From: Octopus sinensis
Lineage: Eukaryota
DNA length: 64,000 nucleotides
Assembly: GCF_006345805.1 (NCBI RefSeq)
Contig: NC_043006.1
Coordinates: 81,716,001 to 81,780,000, forward strand
Reading direction: 5' to 3'
Under the pieces are notes generated by a model, which was given only the letters and a program-made list of their open reading frames with translations, was not told where the DNA came from and did no database searches. The position numbers and the translations under genes are program-made. Every line of letters starts with the position of its first letter. Within the stretch, counting starts at the first letter, position 1. Shown here one piece after another: positions 40,668-55,012 of this stretch.

Positions 40668-40810
40668 CTTTTCTACAATAGGTACAAGGCCTGAAATTTT
40701 GGGGGAGGGGACTAGTCCTCAGCAGAATTTGAACTCAGAACGTAAGCACCGACGAAATGCCGTTAAGCATTTTGCCCGACGTACTAACGATTCTGCCAGC
40801 TCGCTGCCTT
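40668..40810 (-). mobile_element. SINE family A with internal core deletion
   Basis: Tail ii joined directly to the B-box region (actagtc|ctcagcagaatt). Confidence 0.75.
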
Positions 40811-40834
40811 AATATTAATAATAATAATAATAAC

Positions 40835-40886
<52 letters not shown>

Positions 40887-40887
<1 letters not shown>

Positions 40888-41236
40888 CGGCAGATGACAA
40901 CGTGTCTCTAAAAGAAATAGAGAAACTTTCAAAATACAAAGACCTGGAAATAGAGGTAACTCGAATGTGGAATCTAAAAACAGAAACAATTCCTATCATA
41001 GTAGGTACATTAGGCATGATAAAAAAATATTCAGACAAATACATAACAAAAACACCAGGACTTACAAACACATATAACATACAGAAAATTGCACTACTAG
41101 GTACTGCACACATCCTACGCAGAACACTTTCCATACAATAACCATCAGAGCATCACAACAAATCACAGCACATACCCAAGGCACACAGAGCTGCGCTCGG
41201 TAGTGAAGTGAAAGCACGCTATAAAAAATAAAACTA

Positions 41237-41240
<4 letters not shown>
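40887..41240 (+). mobile_element. R4/Dong-like element, 5'-truncated, intact REL C-terminus and 3' UTR
   Basis: PADDNVSLKEIEKLSKYKDLEIEVTRMWNLKTETIPIIVGTLG...IQKIALLGTAHILRRTLSIQ*; (AAT)n on both flanks. Confidence 0.9.
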
Positions 41241-41279
<39 letters not shown>

Positions 41280-41304
41280 TAATAATAATAATAATTATAA
41301 TAAT

Positions 41305-41518
41305 TTTTCTACTATAGGCTCAAGGCCTGAAATTTGGTGGGAGGGGACTAGTCGATTACATCGACCCCAATGTTTCATTGGCACTTAATTTATCGACCCC
41401 GAAAGTATAGAAATCCAAGTCGAACTCGTCGGAAATTGAACTCAGAACTTGAATACGGGCGAAATACTGCTAAGCATTTCGCGCGACACGCTAACAATTC
41501 TAACCTGGTCGCCGCCTG
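41305..41518 (-). mobile_element. SINE family A monomer, tail ii
   Basis: Complete head, core and tail within (AAT)n. Confidence 0.85.
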
Positions 41519-41545
41519 AAAAAAAAAATAATTCATAATAATAAT

Positions 41546-42000
41546 GTCACGAGTGGGTGCTGAAGACAGCGCTGAATGAGGAGGTAATAGCAGAGACAGA
41601 ATCTTTGGTTGATATTTAGAAAAGAGTGCTTGAGGGGAACATGGCAATATGGAAAAGAAACGTTGTTGTTTGGAGTGTTTTCACAAGAATCACTGAAGCT
41701 GGCTGGACGCAAATCATGGGGATGGTTGCGGAATGGGTATATGAAGAGAGAGACCAAAGAAATGATCTTTGCTAACCAAGAGCAGGCTTCGAGAACAGAT
41801 TCTTTCATGTACTGTATGGATCACACAGCAGAGTCCCCACTGTACAGAAAATGTTAAGCAGGAGACTGAAACAACAGGACGCGTTATCAGTGGCTGCTCA
41901 CAGTTAGCACAAAAAGAGTGCAGACGTCAACATGACATGGTCGCTCTTAAGGTGTACTGGGAACTCTGCAAGAAGTACGATCTTCCGTGCACAGATAACA
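41546..42000 (+). mobile_element. R4/Dong-like element fragment (post-RT region and CCHC knuckle)
   Basis: WGWLRNGYMKRETKEMIFANQEQA...PLYRKC / ETETTGRVISGCSQLAQKE..RQHDMVALKVYWELCKKY. Confidence 0.8.
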
Positions 42001-42049
42001 AAGACCAAATGGCTTTCTGGTCCTTGTTCAAGGCTTGGTTGTAGTGACG

Positions 42050-42700
42050 ATATTCGTTTAGACTATATTGTACATTTATAGTTATAAGGTACGAAATGTG
42101 CTCTAAGGAAAAAAATGAGGCGGTTGTATATAGTTTAAATGAAGTTAATGCAAAACCGATATACGGTTTAGTAGAGTTGTGATATTACGTGAATAAACAA
42201 GGTTTTTGATCAAACAAGTTAAATGTGTATATAAGAGAATTGATGAAATTACAGTTCCGTGAAATTTCAGTACTTATTTCTGGTAAGAGTGTAGGAGCTT
42301 GTTTAGATTTGGAGTCGTGGAGTATGAAATATTTATCGTATCCTTATGAATATTTTATATCTATGATTGAATGAAAAGTGTTTATTAAGTATTGAAACGA
42401 ATAATTTAGCCTTGAGTGTAAGTCACTCAAAATCTTGTGTGGATTGTTCCAGCAAATATTTTTGTTTTCGTTGTTACATTTATACGATGCCTGATTCGAT
42501 ATACATGATATTTTTCCTGTTAGCTTGTTATTGTAGCAGGAGTGGTCTTTGAATATCTGCTCATTAGCAGAGAGTTTTGAAAGTTTATAGGGTACATTCT
42601 TAATGAGTTTAAGTTGTTCCTGAGGTGGTTTGATTACCTGTGTATGCAGTTTAGTGTCTCGTTAGGCTTACGAAAAGGATAGTACTAAGAATTAGATAGA
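42050..42700 (-). mobile_element. Penelope-like element fragment (RT C-terminal region to GIY-YIG)
   Basis: PFRKPNETLNCIH..SNH; KLFVSILNKHF..HRY.KIF; SYSTTPNLNKLL; PYIGFALTSFKL; with frameshifts. Confidence 0.75.
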
Positions 42701-42896
42701 AAAATGATGTTAAGAAAGTTTATTCTTTTAAAGTTAGTTTCTATGATGAAATTAAATTTGAAATTTTTATAAAGCAGATGAGTGCTTTCTCATTTTACCA
42801 GTAAGACCAGGATTGCAGTTTCTGAACAGGAGAAAGGATGTCCTACATGTATAGCAGGTTGTCGGGGAGCAGAAAATTATACTGTAAGATGTGTGC

Positions 42897-42939
<43 letters not shown>

Positions 42940-45848
42940 TGTGTGTGTGTATGTGTGTGTGTGTGTATGTGTGTGCTTGTGTGTGTGTGTGTATGTGTGT
43001 GTGTGAGTGTGTGTGTGTGTGAATTTATCATCAAGATTGGTGAATTAAACAATCGGTAGATGGACAAAATCTCAGCTACGTCCTATACTTTCTAACTTTC
43101 AAATTACACCGACTTTGCCTTTCGTCCACTCCAATCAGATATGGGATGTTGATCCAATCGGCCTTAGCCGCTCCCCATCCTACCCCATCCCCGCTACCTT
43201 ATACTTATTGAAAATGAGGGGTCTTGTTCCAGTGTAAGCTGGGGATAACTCATAGTTGAATATGTGCTTTAGTATCATTAGGCATCATACCTTTCACTAA
43301 AGTTTTCTTTAAGTGCCTCATATATTCTTGATCAGACACAGACATCCACTTCAGTCGGTGGAGAATGTAAGACATGACAGCTTGGAGACAGAATTTTGCA
43401 CGTCAGCGCTTCATTGTTACAATTGTTTATTAACCCTGGAAGGATGAATAGCAGGAATTGAACTCAGAGCGTAAAAATCTGTCTGTCTGCATCTTTTTCC
43501 TCTCCTTTTTCTTCGTGTGTGTGTGTGTGTGTGTGCATGTATGTGTGTGTGTGTTTATGTACATGCACACGCACACTCACATTCACACACATTCACAAAC
43601 AGCTATGAGACATTTTGTCCGATGTTCTAACGATTCCTCTAATTCATTACCTATGCAAGAAAAATATTTTATCAAGAATAGACTATCTTTCAAAATTTAG
43701 GACGATAGATTCGTAGAATCGTTAGATTGACGATCGAAATATATTGTAACATTAATTTATTGTTTTCCATGTTCTGGGTTTCGAATCCAGCAGAAGTCAA
43801 CTTTGTTTTTCGAATATCCGGGACTTAATAAAATGAAGTAACGTCAGATATTATTCTTGAGGAAGACAAGTTCATAGGAAAATGGATCAGACTGTTTAGA
43901 ATAAAGAACTCAACGAAAGTAATCTAAGTGTCTGTACGTTTAATCGTTAGCCAGGTGTACGATAAAATGTTTTACTTCACCCCAAGGCTTGTCAAACTAC
44001 TTATAGTTTCTGACCAGCTTTGTAACGAAAAAATATTCTATCAAACTCATAGATATCGATTAAACGCGCCAGTAGATATTTGTCGTTGGTCAAATCGACA
44101 ATGCTACATCTCTGAAAATTCGAGGTCTTGTACTGATGCTAGAAATCATTGATGGTCATTTATTGCTCTTTTTTTCATACATACTTGTTCTAGTTGGCCG
44201 GTGATTATCTTCGGCTTCCTTAGCATTAAATGGAATCGTGACATATATCTTCATAAACAAAACGGTAGTATATCTGGTTATCTTTTCCTTGTGTGCAGCA
44301 ATTAACTTAGTACAGAAAGCCAAGAAGACGCTCATCAGTTTTAAGCTGTTGTCGCTACTTGTAGCGATATGTTACAACTGCGACCGTGGCGTAGCTAGAG
44401 TGCCATCTGAAGCAGCCCTTGAGTTTTCCTCCCCAAGCCTACACAAACTTATACAGTAGGCGCAAAAGTTCCACCCCATAATAGTGTTGGTCCCACTAGC
44501 CCCGCTACTGCTCTGCGTTATACACCTGCTGCTTGGACTGGCCTGGACTAGAATATACTGAGTTTTGAGTGAAAAGCCTACGGACGAATTGCATTTATGA
44601 TCCTCGTTTACGAGTCGCTCACTTCTTTACATGGCCCTTTTGCCTTCTTCATCAAAGGAAAATGAATGGCAATAATTGCCTACATGTTACACTCAGTCTA
44701 CAACAGAATCGGGAAGACTGTTTTTGAAACGAAATACAAAGTTTGAAGCATAAGTCATTATATTTGAATATATTTTTGTTGATTTAATTTTATTTACAGC
44801 TAAACTTTACAGCAAATTGCTAATTTTAGAAACGGTTACTTATATTTCTTTACCTGCAATTGTAATTGCGTCTGTAGAGTAATTACAATCGTGTTTATTA
44901 CATAGAAATCTGTAGAAACTTTCGGTAAACAAACGTTACGGTGCATTGCTTATTCCGAAACTCCACCTGTTTTAGATTTTGTAAGAATTATTGCCAATAA
45001 TTATATTTCATAAAATAATACAATTAGCATTGTGTGTGTGCGTGAATGTGTTTGTGCGTGTGTACATGTGTGTGCGTGCGTGCGTGCGTGTGTGTGTGGG
45101 AGAGAAAAAGGGAGAGATAGACAGAGAGAGAGAAAGAGAGTGTATGGCCTTGTCAGACAAGAAGTTAAATTTCAATGCAGCTTTCTATCATAGAAAGGTT
45201 CTTCACCTTTTGTCCGCATAGTCGAGGCCTCCAGGCTTTTTAAAGACAATTACTGGCCCGATTTCTTTCTCCTAACACAAGTTTCTTTTCTCATCAGTTT
45301 ATACATTTATTGGAAAACTGTATCTTAGTTGAGTAAATATTATAGTTACTTTTAACCGTTAAAATTGCATTGTCAATTCATCAGCGCCGTTTTCTTCGTT
45401 ATTCCCCTCCTAGGATGAAACCCATTCGTGACAAATCGCCAGCTGCATCACCGAAGGTATAATAAGCCAACATTTGTTTCCATACTCACACAGTTTCTTA
45501 ACTCACTATAGATTCAGGATACTAAAACAGAATTATGATTTTGCTTTAATCCCATATTGCCTTTCGTATGTATGTATGTATGTATGTATGTAGGTATGTA
45601 TGTATGTATGTATGTATGTATGTATGTATGTATGTATGTATCTATGTATCTATCTATCTATCTATCTACGTATATACATATATATATATATATATATACA
45701 CTATATACATATATGTATATACACACAAACACTACATATATATATAAACACACACTTCATACATACATACATACATACATACACACACACATACATACAT
45801 ACATACATACATACATACATACATACATACACACACACACCACATACA

Positions 45849-45889
<41 letters not shown>

Positions 45890-45966
45890 ATACACACATA
45901 TATATATATATACATACACACATACACATATATATATATATACATAAACACACACACACACACACA

Positions 45967-46007
<41 letters not shown>

Positions 46008-46010
<3 letters not shown>

Positions 46011-46230
46011 GAAGGGTAGCTGGAAAGTTCCTGGGCTTTAAAGGTATCGTAAAGACCTTGGTTGGAGACACAACATTCCGAATTCTTTTGCAGGACTTAG
46101 AAAGGGTGAAGTGCCGCTGCAATAAGTGTGTGAATCTGAGAGGGGGATATGTTGAATAAAAACATAATTAACTTGTTCTCTTGTATTTCCTTTAACCCAA
46201 TGCCAGGAACATTTCAGCATCCGCCTCTGT
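46008..46230 (+). mobile_element. Internally deleted mariner (MITE-like)
   Basis: Imperfect TIRs (..tggaaagttcctgg.. / ..ccaggaacatttcagc..); C-terminal KCVNLRGGYVE*. Confidence 0.7.
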
Positions 46231-46239
46231 GTGTGTGTG

Positions 46240-46280
<41 letters not shown>

Positions 46281-46334
46281 CATACATACATACATACATA
46301 CATACATACATACATACATACATACATACAGAGC

Positions 46335-46371
<37 letters not shown>

Positions 46372-46375
<4 letters not shown>

Positions 46376-47135
46376 TAATCAAAATGTTCCCGGACGAGTT
46401 CTGTGGCGCGCCAACAGATGGCAGCGTGTGCAGTGAGAGCTAATGGTGAACTTCGGGAGGCAGCGTACTGTAGTCTGCGATATTTGTCATAGATAGAAAG
46501 TTGGAACAAAGAGCCAACGTGAAATTTTGCGTTAAACTTAGAAGTCTGCTACTGAGATGTTGAGCATGCTTTGGCAAACTTAAAGCGGCGAAGCAATGGG
46601 TCGTACGCAATGTTTGGAGTGGTACGAACGCTTCAAAGGGCACGACAGAGCCGCAGCTCAATCAAGAGAACGCTCTTCTTTTTTCTTTTTCGACATACGG
46701 TTTTTTTATTCGACATACGTAGTATTGTACATCGAGAATTCGTTCTCCAGGGCCAGACCGTCAATCTTTTGAAACATTTGAGAGAGGATATTCGGGGGAA
46801 ACGATCGGATCTGTGAAGCGCGAAGAATTAGATTCTTCACGGCGATAATGTCCTCTGTCACCGAGCACTCTTCACTTGTGAGTTTTTCGCCAAAAACAAC
46901 ATAGTATCGCTTCCGCACCCTCTCTATTCGCCAGATTTAGCTGTCGAGATCAGGAGCGAATCGCAGAAGGTCCTTGACTCGCTTACGAAAAACGACTTTC
47001 AGGCCGGATTCCAAACGTGACCGGTGTATTGCTGCGCAAAGTGACTATTTCGAAGGAGATGACGTTAAACTTAGATGATAAGTTATTTCTTTTTATTACA
47101 TATAACTAGTCTGGGAACGTTTTGATACCCTCTCG
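46372..47135 (+). mobile_element. Mariner (irritans-like) deletion derivative
   Basis: TIRs ATCAAAAYGTTCCCRGAC; EQRANVKFCVKL, EWYERFK, FFDIRSIVHREFV..GQTVN, ILHGDN, PHPLYSPDLA, DYFEGD. Confidence 0.85.
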
Positions 47136-47151
47136 AATATATATATCTATA

Positions 47152-47190
<39 letters not shown>

Positions 47191-47311
47191 CAGTGCTCCA
47201 CTGAAACGAGTAAAAGAATAAAAGAATATACATAAAGATATATATATTTATTTATTTATTTATTTATTTACACACACACACACACACCACACATACACAC
47301 GCACACACATA

Positions 47312-47485
47312 CTGAGGGTGTCCATAAATTACTTTTACAGTTTGAAAGGCTGCGTGCAAATACGCAAAAGTGTTCTGATGTTTTCAATAAAATTTTGTCT
47401 GCCTTCGTTTTCTAATAAGCTCTGTTGAATTATCCTTGAATTATCTGTATTTTTCAAATTGTAATGGTAATTTATGGACATCCAG
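47312..47485. mobile_element. Tc1/mariner-type MITE (~174 bp)
   Basis: ~33-bp TIRs gtgtccataaattac..ttacagtttgaaa / tttcaaattgtaa..gtaatttatggacatccag; TA at the left end. Confidence 0.75.
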
Positions 47486-47760
47486 TGTGTGTGTGTGTGT
47501 GTACATCTCAATAGTCGAATATGAAGAGATCTACATAAGTGTGACTAAATGCTTCCGCTGATTTTCGTGTTGGTTCATGTTAGGGAGTATATACTGATAC
47601 ACTCTGGATGCCTGTCAGTAGATATCAGCGATAGATCTAAGCAAGTTTCCGTTTTTGCCCATCTGTACGTTTGTATATGCACGTATGAGTTTACAGTGTA
47701 TACAGGCACACATATATACACATTGATATATGCGTGTGTATGTGTGTGTGTCTGTGTATG

Positions 47761-48070
47761 AAGGCGCATGGATCAGTAGTTAGAGCGTCGGGCCCACAAT
47801 CATAAGGTAGTGAGTTCCATTCTCGGACCGGACTGTGTTTTGTGTTCTTGCGGAAGACACATAATTTCATGTTGCTCCAGTTCACTCAGCCTTATAAATT
47901 GAATTATGACGTCACTGGTGCCATGCTGTATCGGCCTTTGCCTTTCCCTTGGATAACATCGATGGTGTGGAGAGGAGAGGTTGGTATGCATGGGCGACTG
48001 CTGGTCTTCCATAAACAACCTTGCCCGGACTTGTGCCTGTGAGGGTAACTTTCTAGGTACACTCCCATAG
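47761..48070 (+). mobile_element. SINE family E (tRNA-derived head)
   Basis: A-box-like TGGATCAGTAGTT, B-box-like GAGTTCCATTC, body ttgctccagttcactcagc. Confidence 0.65.
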
Positions 48071-48375
48071 TCATATATAAGTGATAGAGAACATGGAAAC
48101 TGGTACTTCCTCAAAATATATTTCCTTTTATTTTACACCATTATACGGCATATTTTTATGGTGACGACGACCTACACGTGTTTTCACTACACAGAGTATG
48201 AGCAGTTGCATATGCAACCGGGCATAATTTTCTATGCAGCTTCTTTAGGGTCTTTCAACTGCTACTAGTCATAGACATTTAATACGAATCGATGCCGTTA
48301 GCCGTAATCTGGAACATAACTGAGAGCTACCACCGTATCCGCCTGGATAATATATCCTCTAAACTCATGAATATA

Positions 48376-48436
<61 letters not shown>

Positions 48437-50161
48437 GCGTGCGTGGGCCTCTACGTGGGCTCTTGACAAACTAGAAATAGCATCGAAATTCGCTTAAATC
48501 ATTCCATATCATCTTTAAAAACAAAAGACACATTGGAACGATAGTGATTATGGTTAGAATGTTTTTTTATCATAGGACTTCTAAATCCGAGATTACCTGG
48601 CTGACCTGGGGTTAAATAATGCCAGCAATTAGTTAATATATTAATTTCAGTAATTTTAACTTGTATTAATTGTACGAACTCCATTAATACTCTACAATAT
48701 TTATTTTATTTTTATTGTCATATTTTTGTTTGGAGAAATATGAAACTCGTGTATCAAAAATCAGTCATTTTAAAGAGCGGTCAACCAGTAAAATTATCGG
48801 ATTACTATCTCCTGATTACTAAGTTTATATCTGCTGCAGGTATTTCGTTATTTCTATGATCAGAATAACTAACTATAAACAGTGTTTGGGAAAGTTACTT
48901 GCAATGACTTGCGTCTATCCATGGAGTGACTATTTCTCTCACTACACAGTTAAACGCAAAAGTAACATGGAGAAAGCCAAACAACACGCGGAATGAAACA
49001 TTACAGCCTCAGCTTATTAACTTAGTTTACACTGTCGGTAAAAAAAATATCTAAATTTGCAGGACAGACATCACTTAATTAATCCTACCTTCTCATTTCT
49101 ATCTCGTCATTGGAAAATAGCTCACTACTTCAAAACAACCATCAAATTGAAAGAAAGAAATTTAACGAAAAAAAAATGATAAAACGAAACGAAACAAAAC
49201 ACAGAATTATAGTTTTGTTAGATGACTTTAATACAAACTCGTCAATCTTCAAATTTCTGTGTAATCTACTACGTAACAGCCAAAGTGACATTGTTATTTA
49301 TTTTTGCATTTACGTGCTCCATTGTCTGTCTCTCTTATCAACAAGATCAGACAATATTCTACCCTCATTACCATCTCTTCTGCTAGAGCTTACTTTGCTC
49401 TCTTCTTCGCTGCACTTCACGTGTCCTCGTTATCTTGGTTTTTCATTGCTATTACGTTTTGATTCAATCATTTACGAAAGGATTTAAAGATTGGTTATTT
49501 TGTTTTATTGTTGTAACCAAAGTTCGTTGTTGATGCTTTCACGTTTACTCTTTGAGACTTAATTCATTCCAGAAACTTCTGTGAGTATATTTTTGGTACT
49601 TTTTACAATGATTAACATTAGTTTGTTCATTGTTTCTTTTTGTTACTTTGTTGTTGTTGCTGCTGTTGCTGTTGTTGTTGTTGTTTAATTTGTTCTAACC
49701 GTTTGGTTATTCTACTTCAGCATCCACATCATCATTACGATCGACTTCATCATTGTTCTCATACACCATTGTTTTCGTCGTCGTCATCATCATCATAAGC
49801 ATTTGATAAAATTTACCATATCTATTTTGCAAGCTCCTTATATCAGTCTAGCGAAATATCAACTTCAATATAAGTTAGCTTCTAGGTGGATACGCGACCT
49901 ACTAGAAACAACAACCGTCACACTCGAACTAAATATTCACCGGTTAGCGAAACACCATACTGGATAAATTTTGATGGAATTAATTTACTCCGGAAGAAGA
50001 CGGCGGTTTGGTAATGGATAAATGGCTTTTGATCAAACGTCTGCTCTAGTAAGGCCCACTTGGGGGCTAATCAACAAAATTAACTTGTTATTGCGATCAT
50101 TCCACGTCGAACGAACAAACAAAAAGCGCAGACACAGGTTCTTCACCTCTGGCAGCAAACA

Positions 50162-50228
<67 letters not shown>

Positions 50229-50761
50229 GGCTCTCAAGGCTTCTGATCTTAACTGATTGGAAGTGTTATCATGTACATTGTTTTGTCTTGGTATAAAAAA
50301 GATGGGCTACAGCAAAAATTCTTCGCAATACCGCAGATTTGCTTGTCAGTTGTTTGACCTTAACCAGTTGACCATGTCCCTTAGTGGCTGACGATATGTG
50401 CATCTCTGATCACGAGCAGAAGTAGTGGGGAAGCATCATAGCCATGTGTTGAGAGGGATTCTTTAGGATTTGGATAATTCACCCTTGCAAACATGGGTGT
50501 TTCGTTCAACATCTTTAAACAACCCTTATTCAGGGACCTTTTGAGCGGGATGGGCTACTCGACCAGAAGAAAATTTTAACTGGGCCCCACCTGCAAGGTC
50601 ATGTGCTGTTTATCTTGAGATGAGATCACCATGTCGCGCACATATGGTTGTGATACATGTGCCTAGTGTCCCCTTATCAGACGGGTAGTCATGATGGGTA
50701 TACTGAGCTTCGTATATTTTATCCCAGTGTCAGTTTGATGGCATGCACTGCTCTCTCACTC
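50229..50761 (+). mobile_element. Family D (AAT)n-associated repeat, copy 2
   Basis: Colinear with 11228-11744; (AAT)n on both sides. Confidence 0.75.
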
Positions 50762-51015
50762 AATAATAATAATAACAATAATAATAATAATAATAATAAT
50801 AACATCAACACAACAACAACTAGTATTGGTAAGATTGACTGCCACACTGGACTTTCAACTGATGTTGCTTTTAGAAGATTTCGAACGAAATATATCGATT
50901 CTAATTGCCGTTATAATTTTGTACATCGACATAGATACTGTTTTCACAGTTGTTGTTGCTATTGTTGTTGTTTAGACTCAAGACTGCCTTGAATTCACAT
51001 CCTGCTTAGGCTGTG

Positions 51016-51054
<39 letters not shown>

Positions 51055-51920
51055 ATACATACATACATATATATATATATGGTTGGAGCTGAGAAAGGTA
51101 AGCAGCTGCAGAAACCGTGTCAAAGCCTTCTGGTTCGTCACTTCATATCGGACCGTCCATCCATCACTAGCATGGGAATAGGAACGTTAAATGATGATGA
51201 TGATGAAAAGATATTATGGGTCCTCTTAGTTTATATAATACTAGACCTGTAACCATCGTAGCCTCGACAATTCAAAACATTGTCGGCACTTCAGGATATA
51301 TAATATTTTACCAGCTGCACATAAATAAAAATATGATAAGTGTTTCGATTCTTGAACATCATACATTAGCAGAACATGATTCCTCAAGAATCAGTCCAAC
51401 AACTGCTTATATGTACTCTGGGAATTGACTGATTTACATGACAAAGCTTAAAGGTTCTGGAAACTGAAGTCTTTTAGTTTGAAAAGGCACATCTGTTGGT
51501 AAGAGCAGAATCTAAGTATAATTGTACCGTTTATTCTGTTGCACCCAGTGAAATTAGAAGTTTTGATGACTATTTGTCATATTTCATTGCATAAACATTC
51601 TACACAACAGGGAACTATTTCGTCTTGATCTTACACCAATATCTATAGACTTGTATGTATAATCCTTTACTGAATGTATCTGCAACAGCTGCCAGTTGAT
51701 GCTGTTACCTAAACATTTTTCACACAGCCACTTATGTGTTAGTATTGTTGCAAGTTGAGACGCACCGTTATCAATTCAACTACTGTTTTATCCACTGCGC
51801 TTATATGAGATGGGTCCGTGGTGCCGGTGCTGTCGGAAGGAAACTTATACAACTTGTTACAATACCTGGCAAAATAACTTAACAGTTCATCACAAAAAGA
51901 TGACTCCCAATTTGTATAAC

Positions 51921-52190
51921 ACCGTGACCGACCAGGCCATCAGATGTTGCTACACATCGCTGGTCACAATGCGCTTCGCACTATTTTAATCTTCAAATGA
52001 CGCGACCCTGCAGGCTAAGCGAGCAGGCCAACAGAAGAAAGAGTGAGAGAAAGTTGTGGTGAAAGAGTACAGCAGGGATCGCCACCCTCCCTGCCGAAGC
52101 CTCGTGGAGCTTTAGGTGTTTTCGCTCAATAAATACTCACAACTCCTGGTCTGGGAATCGAAACCGCGATCCTACGACCGCGAGTCCGCT
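51921..52190 (-). mobile_element. SINE family C, 5'-clipped
   Basis: Links the 21656-21830 and 29888-30010 segments into one family. Confidence 0.8.
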
Positions 52191-52564
52191 GAATTTGTAT
52201 ATAGTTTCAATATTATAACTTTGATCCAAACAAATGACGATTTAAGGCAAGCACGAAATTTACCTGCTCTTGTTCCGCTCGTGATCACCAGAAGATTTTA
52301 ACAACACCATTATTACCCCTTTAATTTGATGTCTATTAAACAACAAGACTTATAATGTCCTACTAAAACCTCCATTGTTCAATTGTGTGCCATTATGCAT
52401 TCATTTCAGACAATCATTTGATATCTCTTACAAGTTCTGCAGTTCACAAATTCTTGACTATGTTGCAGACGGCTGCCTTTAAATCTCTAATTATAGTTCT
52501 TTGGACAAACCAGCCAAACTTTCTGTCACAAACACACACTTCCCTCTCAATGTTTCTAACTCAC

Positions 52565-52790
52565 TTAGGCGGTGAGTGGGTAGAATCGTTAGAAAGTCGG
52601 GTAAAATGCTTCATAGAGGCATTTTTTTGTTCGCCTTCACGTTCTGAGTTTAAATTCCGCCAAGGTCGACTATACCTTTCATCCTTTCGGGATCGATAAA
52701 ATTAGTGCCAGTTAAACACTGGGGGCGATTTAATCGACTTGCCTACTCTCCCGAACTTTCTGGCTTTGTGCCAAAATTTGAAACCAATCA
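52565..52790 (+). mobile_element. SINE family A monomer, tail iii
   Basis: Head, core, tail gtgccaaaatttgaaaccaat. Confidence 0.8.
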
Positions 52791-54973
52791 TTCCCCACTT
52801 AGCCATCAGTTTGGTCCACTTTAGCGTTCTTGGTGTTCATTAAATTAAAAATTTCGTCAAAATCGTAATTCTGTCCTCGCTTATGAACTTCAGAATATTC
52901 CTGTATTTTTCCATCGAATCAAGAACTGTATTTTTTTGTTATTAAACTGTTTAATAGCTATTAACTTAAGGACATTACTCTCGATTTAATTGCTTAATTG
53001 TTTATTAATCATAACATAGGAACGTTAACCTTGAGATTAATTGCTTAATAATTATTTATTCATTTACTCAGAAATCAAAAAACAAAACAACTATCTTCCT
53101 GATTATGCGCTATAATAATTATGAACTTTAAGATGCTTCTTGGCAGATTGACAGGATCGTTTGAACATCCGAGAAAATGGCATGCAATACATTTTTCCAG
53201 TTCTTTACATCCTTGGTTCAAAGCCTACCGTGATCAATTTAGCCTCTCAACTTTTCGGAGTCGAACGACAGAATACAGGATCGATATAATCAACTAATTC
53301 CTCCTCGAAATTAAGGTTCTTTTGCCTACATTATTTATGCATTAATCTAACATTATCAGCTAAAATTTAAAACCCTGAGGACAATTCTATCTTCGTGGAC
53401 AAGACAGAATAGTTTAAGAAATTCGCTTCGCAATTACGAAATTCCGCGTTGAACTTTGAGCAAGTATCTTCTACTATGCCCTCAATTCAGCCAAAGCCTT
53501 TGACAGAATTTGATAGACGTAAATTTTATGGAAGCCCATTGTGTATATATGTATGGTGGGGGTGTTTTTGTGTTTGTTTCTTCACCGTTTGACAATCAGT
53601 ATTCCTAGCAATATATACGGTAGATTTAACTTTTGGATGGTAGACTTAGCCTGATACCTTGTTTAACACCATTGCACGGCACCTTCGGTGCCTTTTGCGG
53701 AGTCTACTATGTTGCAAGCATTTCGCCCAGGCTACCTTTCCACAAGTTTAATTGGCCTTATAACAAGTTATGGACTCAACATTCTCTTCTGACCAAAAGA
53801 TTTAAAATATATATTTATATGTTTAGTTACGGTAAAATTTCCATGAATCTAGATGTTTCTTTGACTACTTCTACTTCTTACATTAACGTGTGTTGAAGAG
53901 ACAGGTGGTTTAAGTGAAATCCTCTTATATTCGGCCAAAGAAGAACTCGGATATAATGTGACCAGAACCTACAAGGAGAACGAAGAGTGTCTTATACGAC
54001 CGACAAATTTCCTATCTTACTAAGGCAGTGGAGATACCTCTACTAGGAAAAATATTGTTTTGACAATTTGCATGCGTAGGAGTGTTCACAGACTTTATCT
54101 AAAGCCAGCAAGCGCATATTTGACACAAACAGTCGCAGAGGATAAAAGCAACGTTTATATAATAAATGTTGTTATTTAGATTCCGAAAATATTATGATTT
54201 AATGGCTGTCCACTCTAACTGTGTATATCATCTAATGATAAACATGAATAGAGAGCAGAGAATGTGGGAGTGATTTTTTTTTTCTGTTTTGTCTTAAAGC
54301 ATTTCTTCTTAATCAACAAAAGCAACAAGCGAGGTTAATGGCTGGGGAAAGGAACAAACCACTAAATCTTGTATTATTCTTTCTCAAATTTTAACATTTC
54401 ATTGTTTCTTAATTATCTCCCTCTCCTCCTTTCTCTTATCTTCTCCCTCCCTCTCTCCCTCTCTCCCTCTCTCTCTCTCTCTCTCGCTCTCCTCTCTCTC
54501 TCTCTCTCTCTCTGCCTGCCTGCCTACACACATATATATATATATAAATTGCAGCGGGGGCGATTTTTCCGACTAAAAATGTTCATGGCGATGCCCTAAC
54601 ACGGCCGCAATCCGATGAGTAGAACAGTAAAAGAATAAAAGAAAGCCTTGTGTGTGTATGCATATGTGTGTGCTTATATGTATGCATGAATATATTTATA
54701 TACATATAGACGTACATATGTATATATGAATACTTCTCTATTATATATGCATATATATATATATATATATATACCAATACACACACGCACACACATACAC
54801 ACATATTTTCGTACACATCAACACATACATACAGATAGACAGATAGTAATAAACGTGTGTATACAAGCATGTGCATACTTCTTTCTCCCCGTTTTCTCAA
54901 TCTCTTTACTCTCTGCCTCTCTCTCTCCTCCGCTATCCACCTTTTGCTTTCTCCTTCTTCTTTTCTCTCCTCC

Positions 54974-55012
<39 letters not shown>

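Noticed and set aside
49110-49487. 125-aa ORF with IIVLLDDFN resembling an APE endonuclease motif
   Set aside because: Single short motif, no other APE motifs, and an A-rich low-complexity start.
51300-51900. Possible old RTE fragment on the minus strand
   Set aside because: Motif matches are too fragmentary to support.
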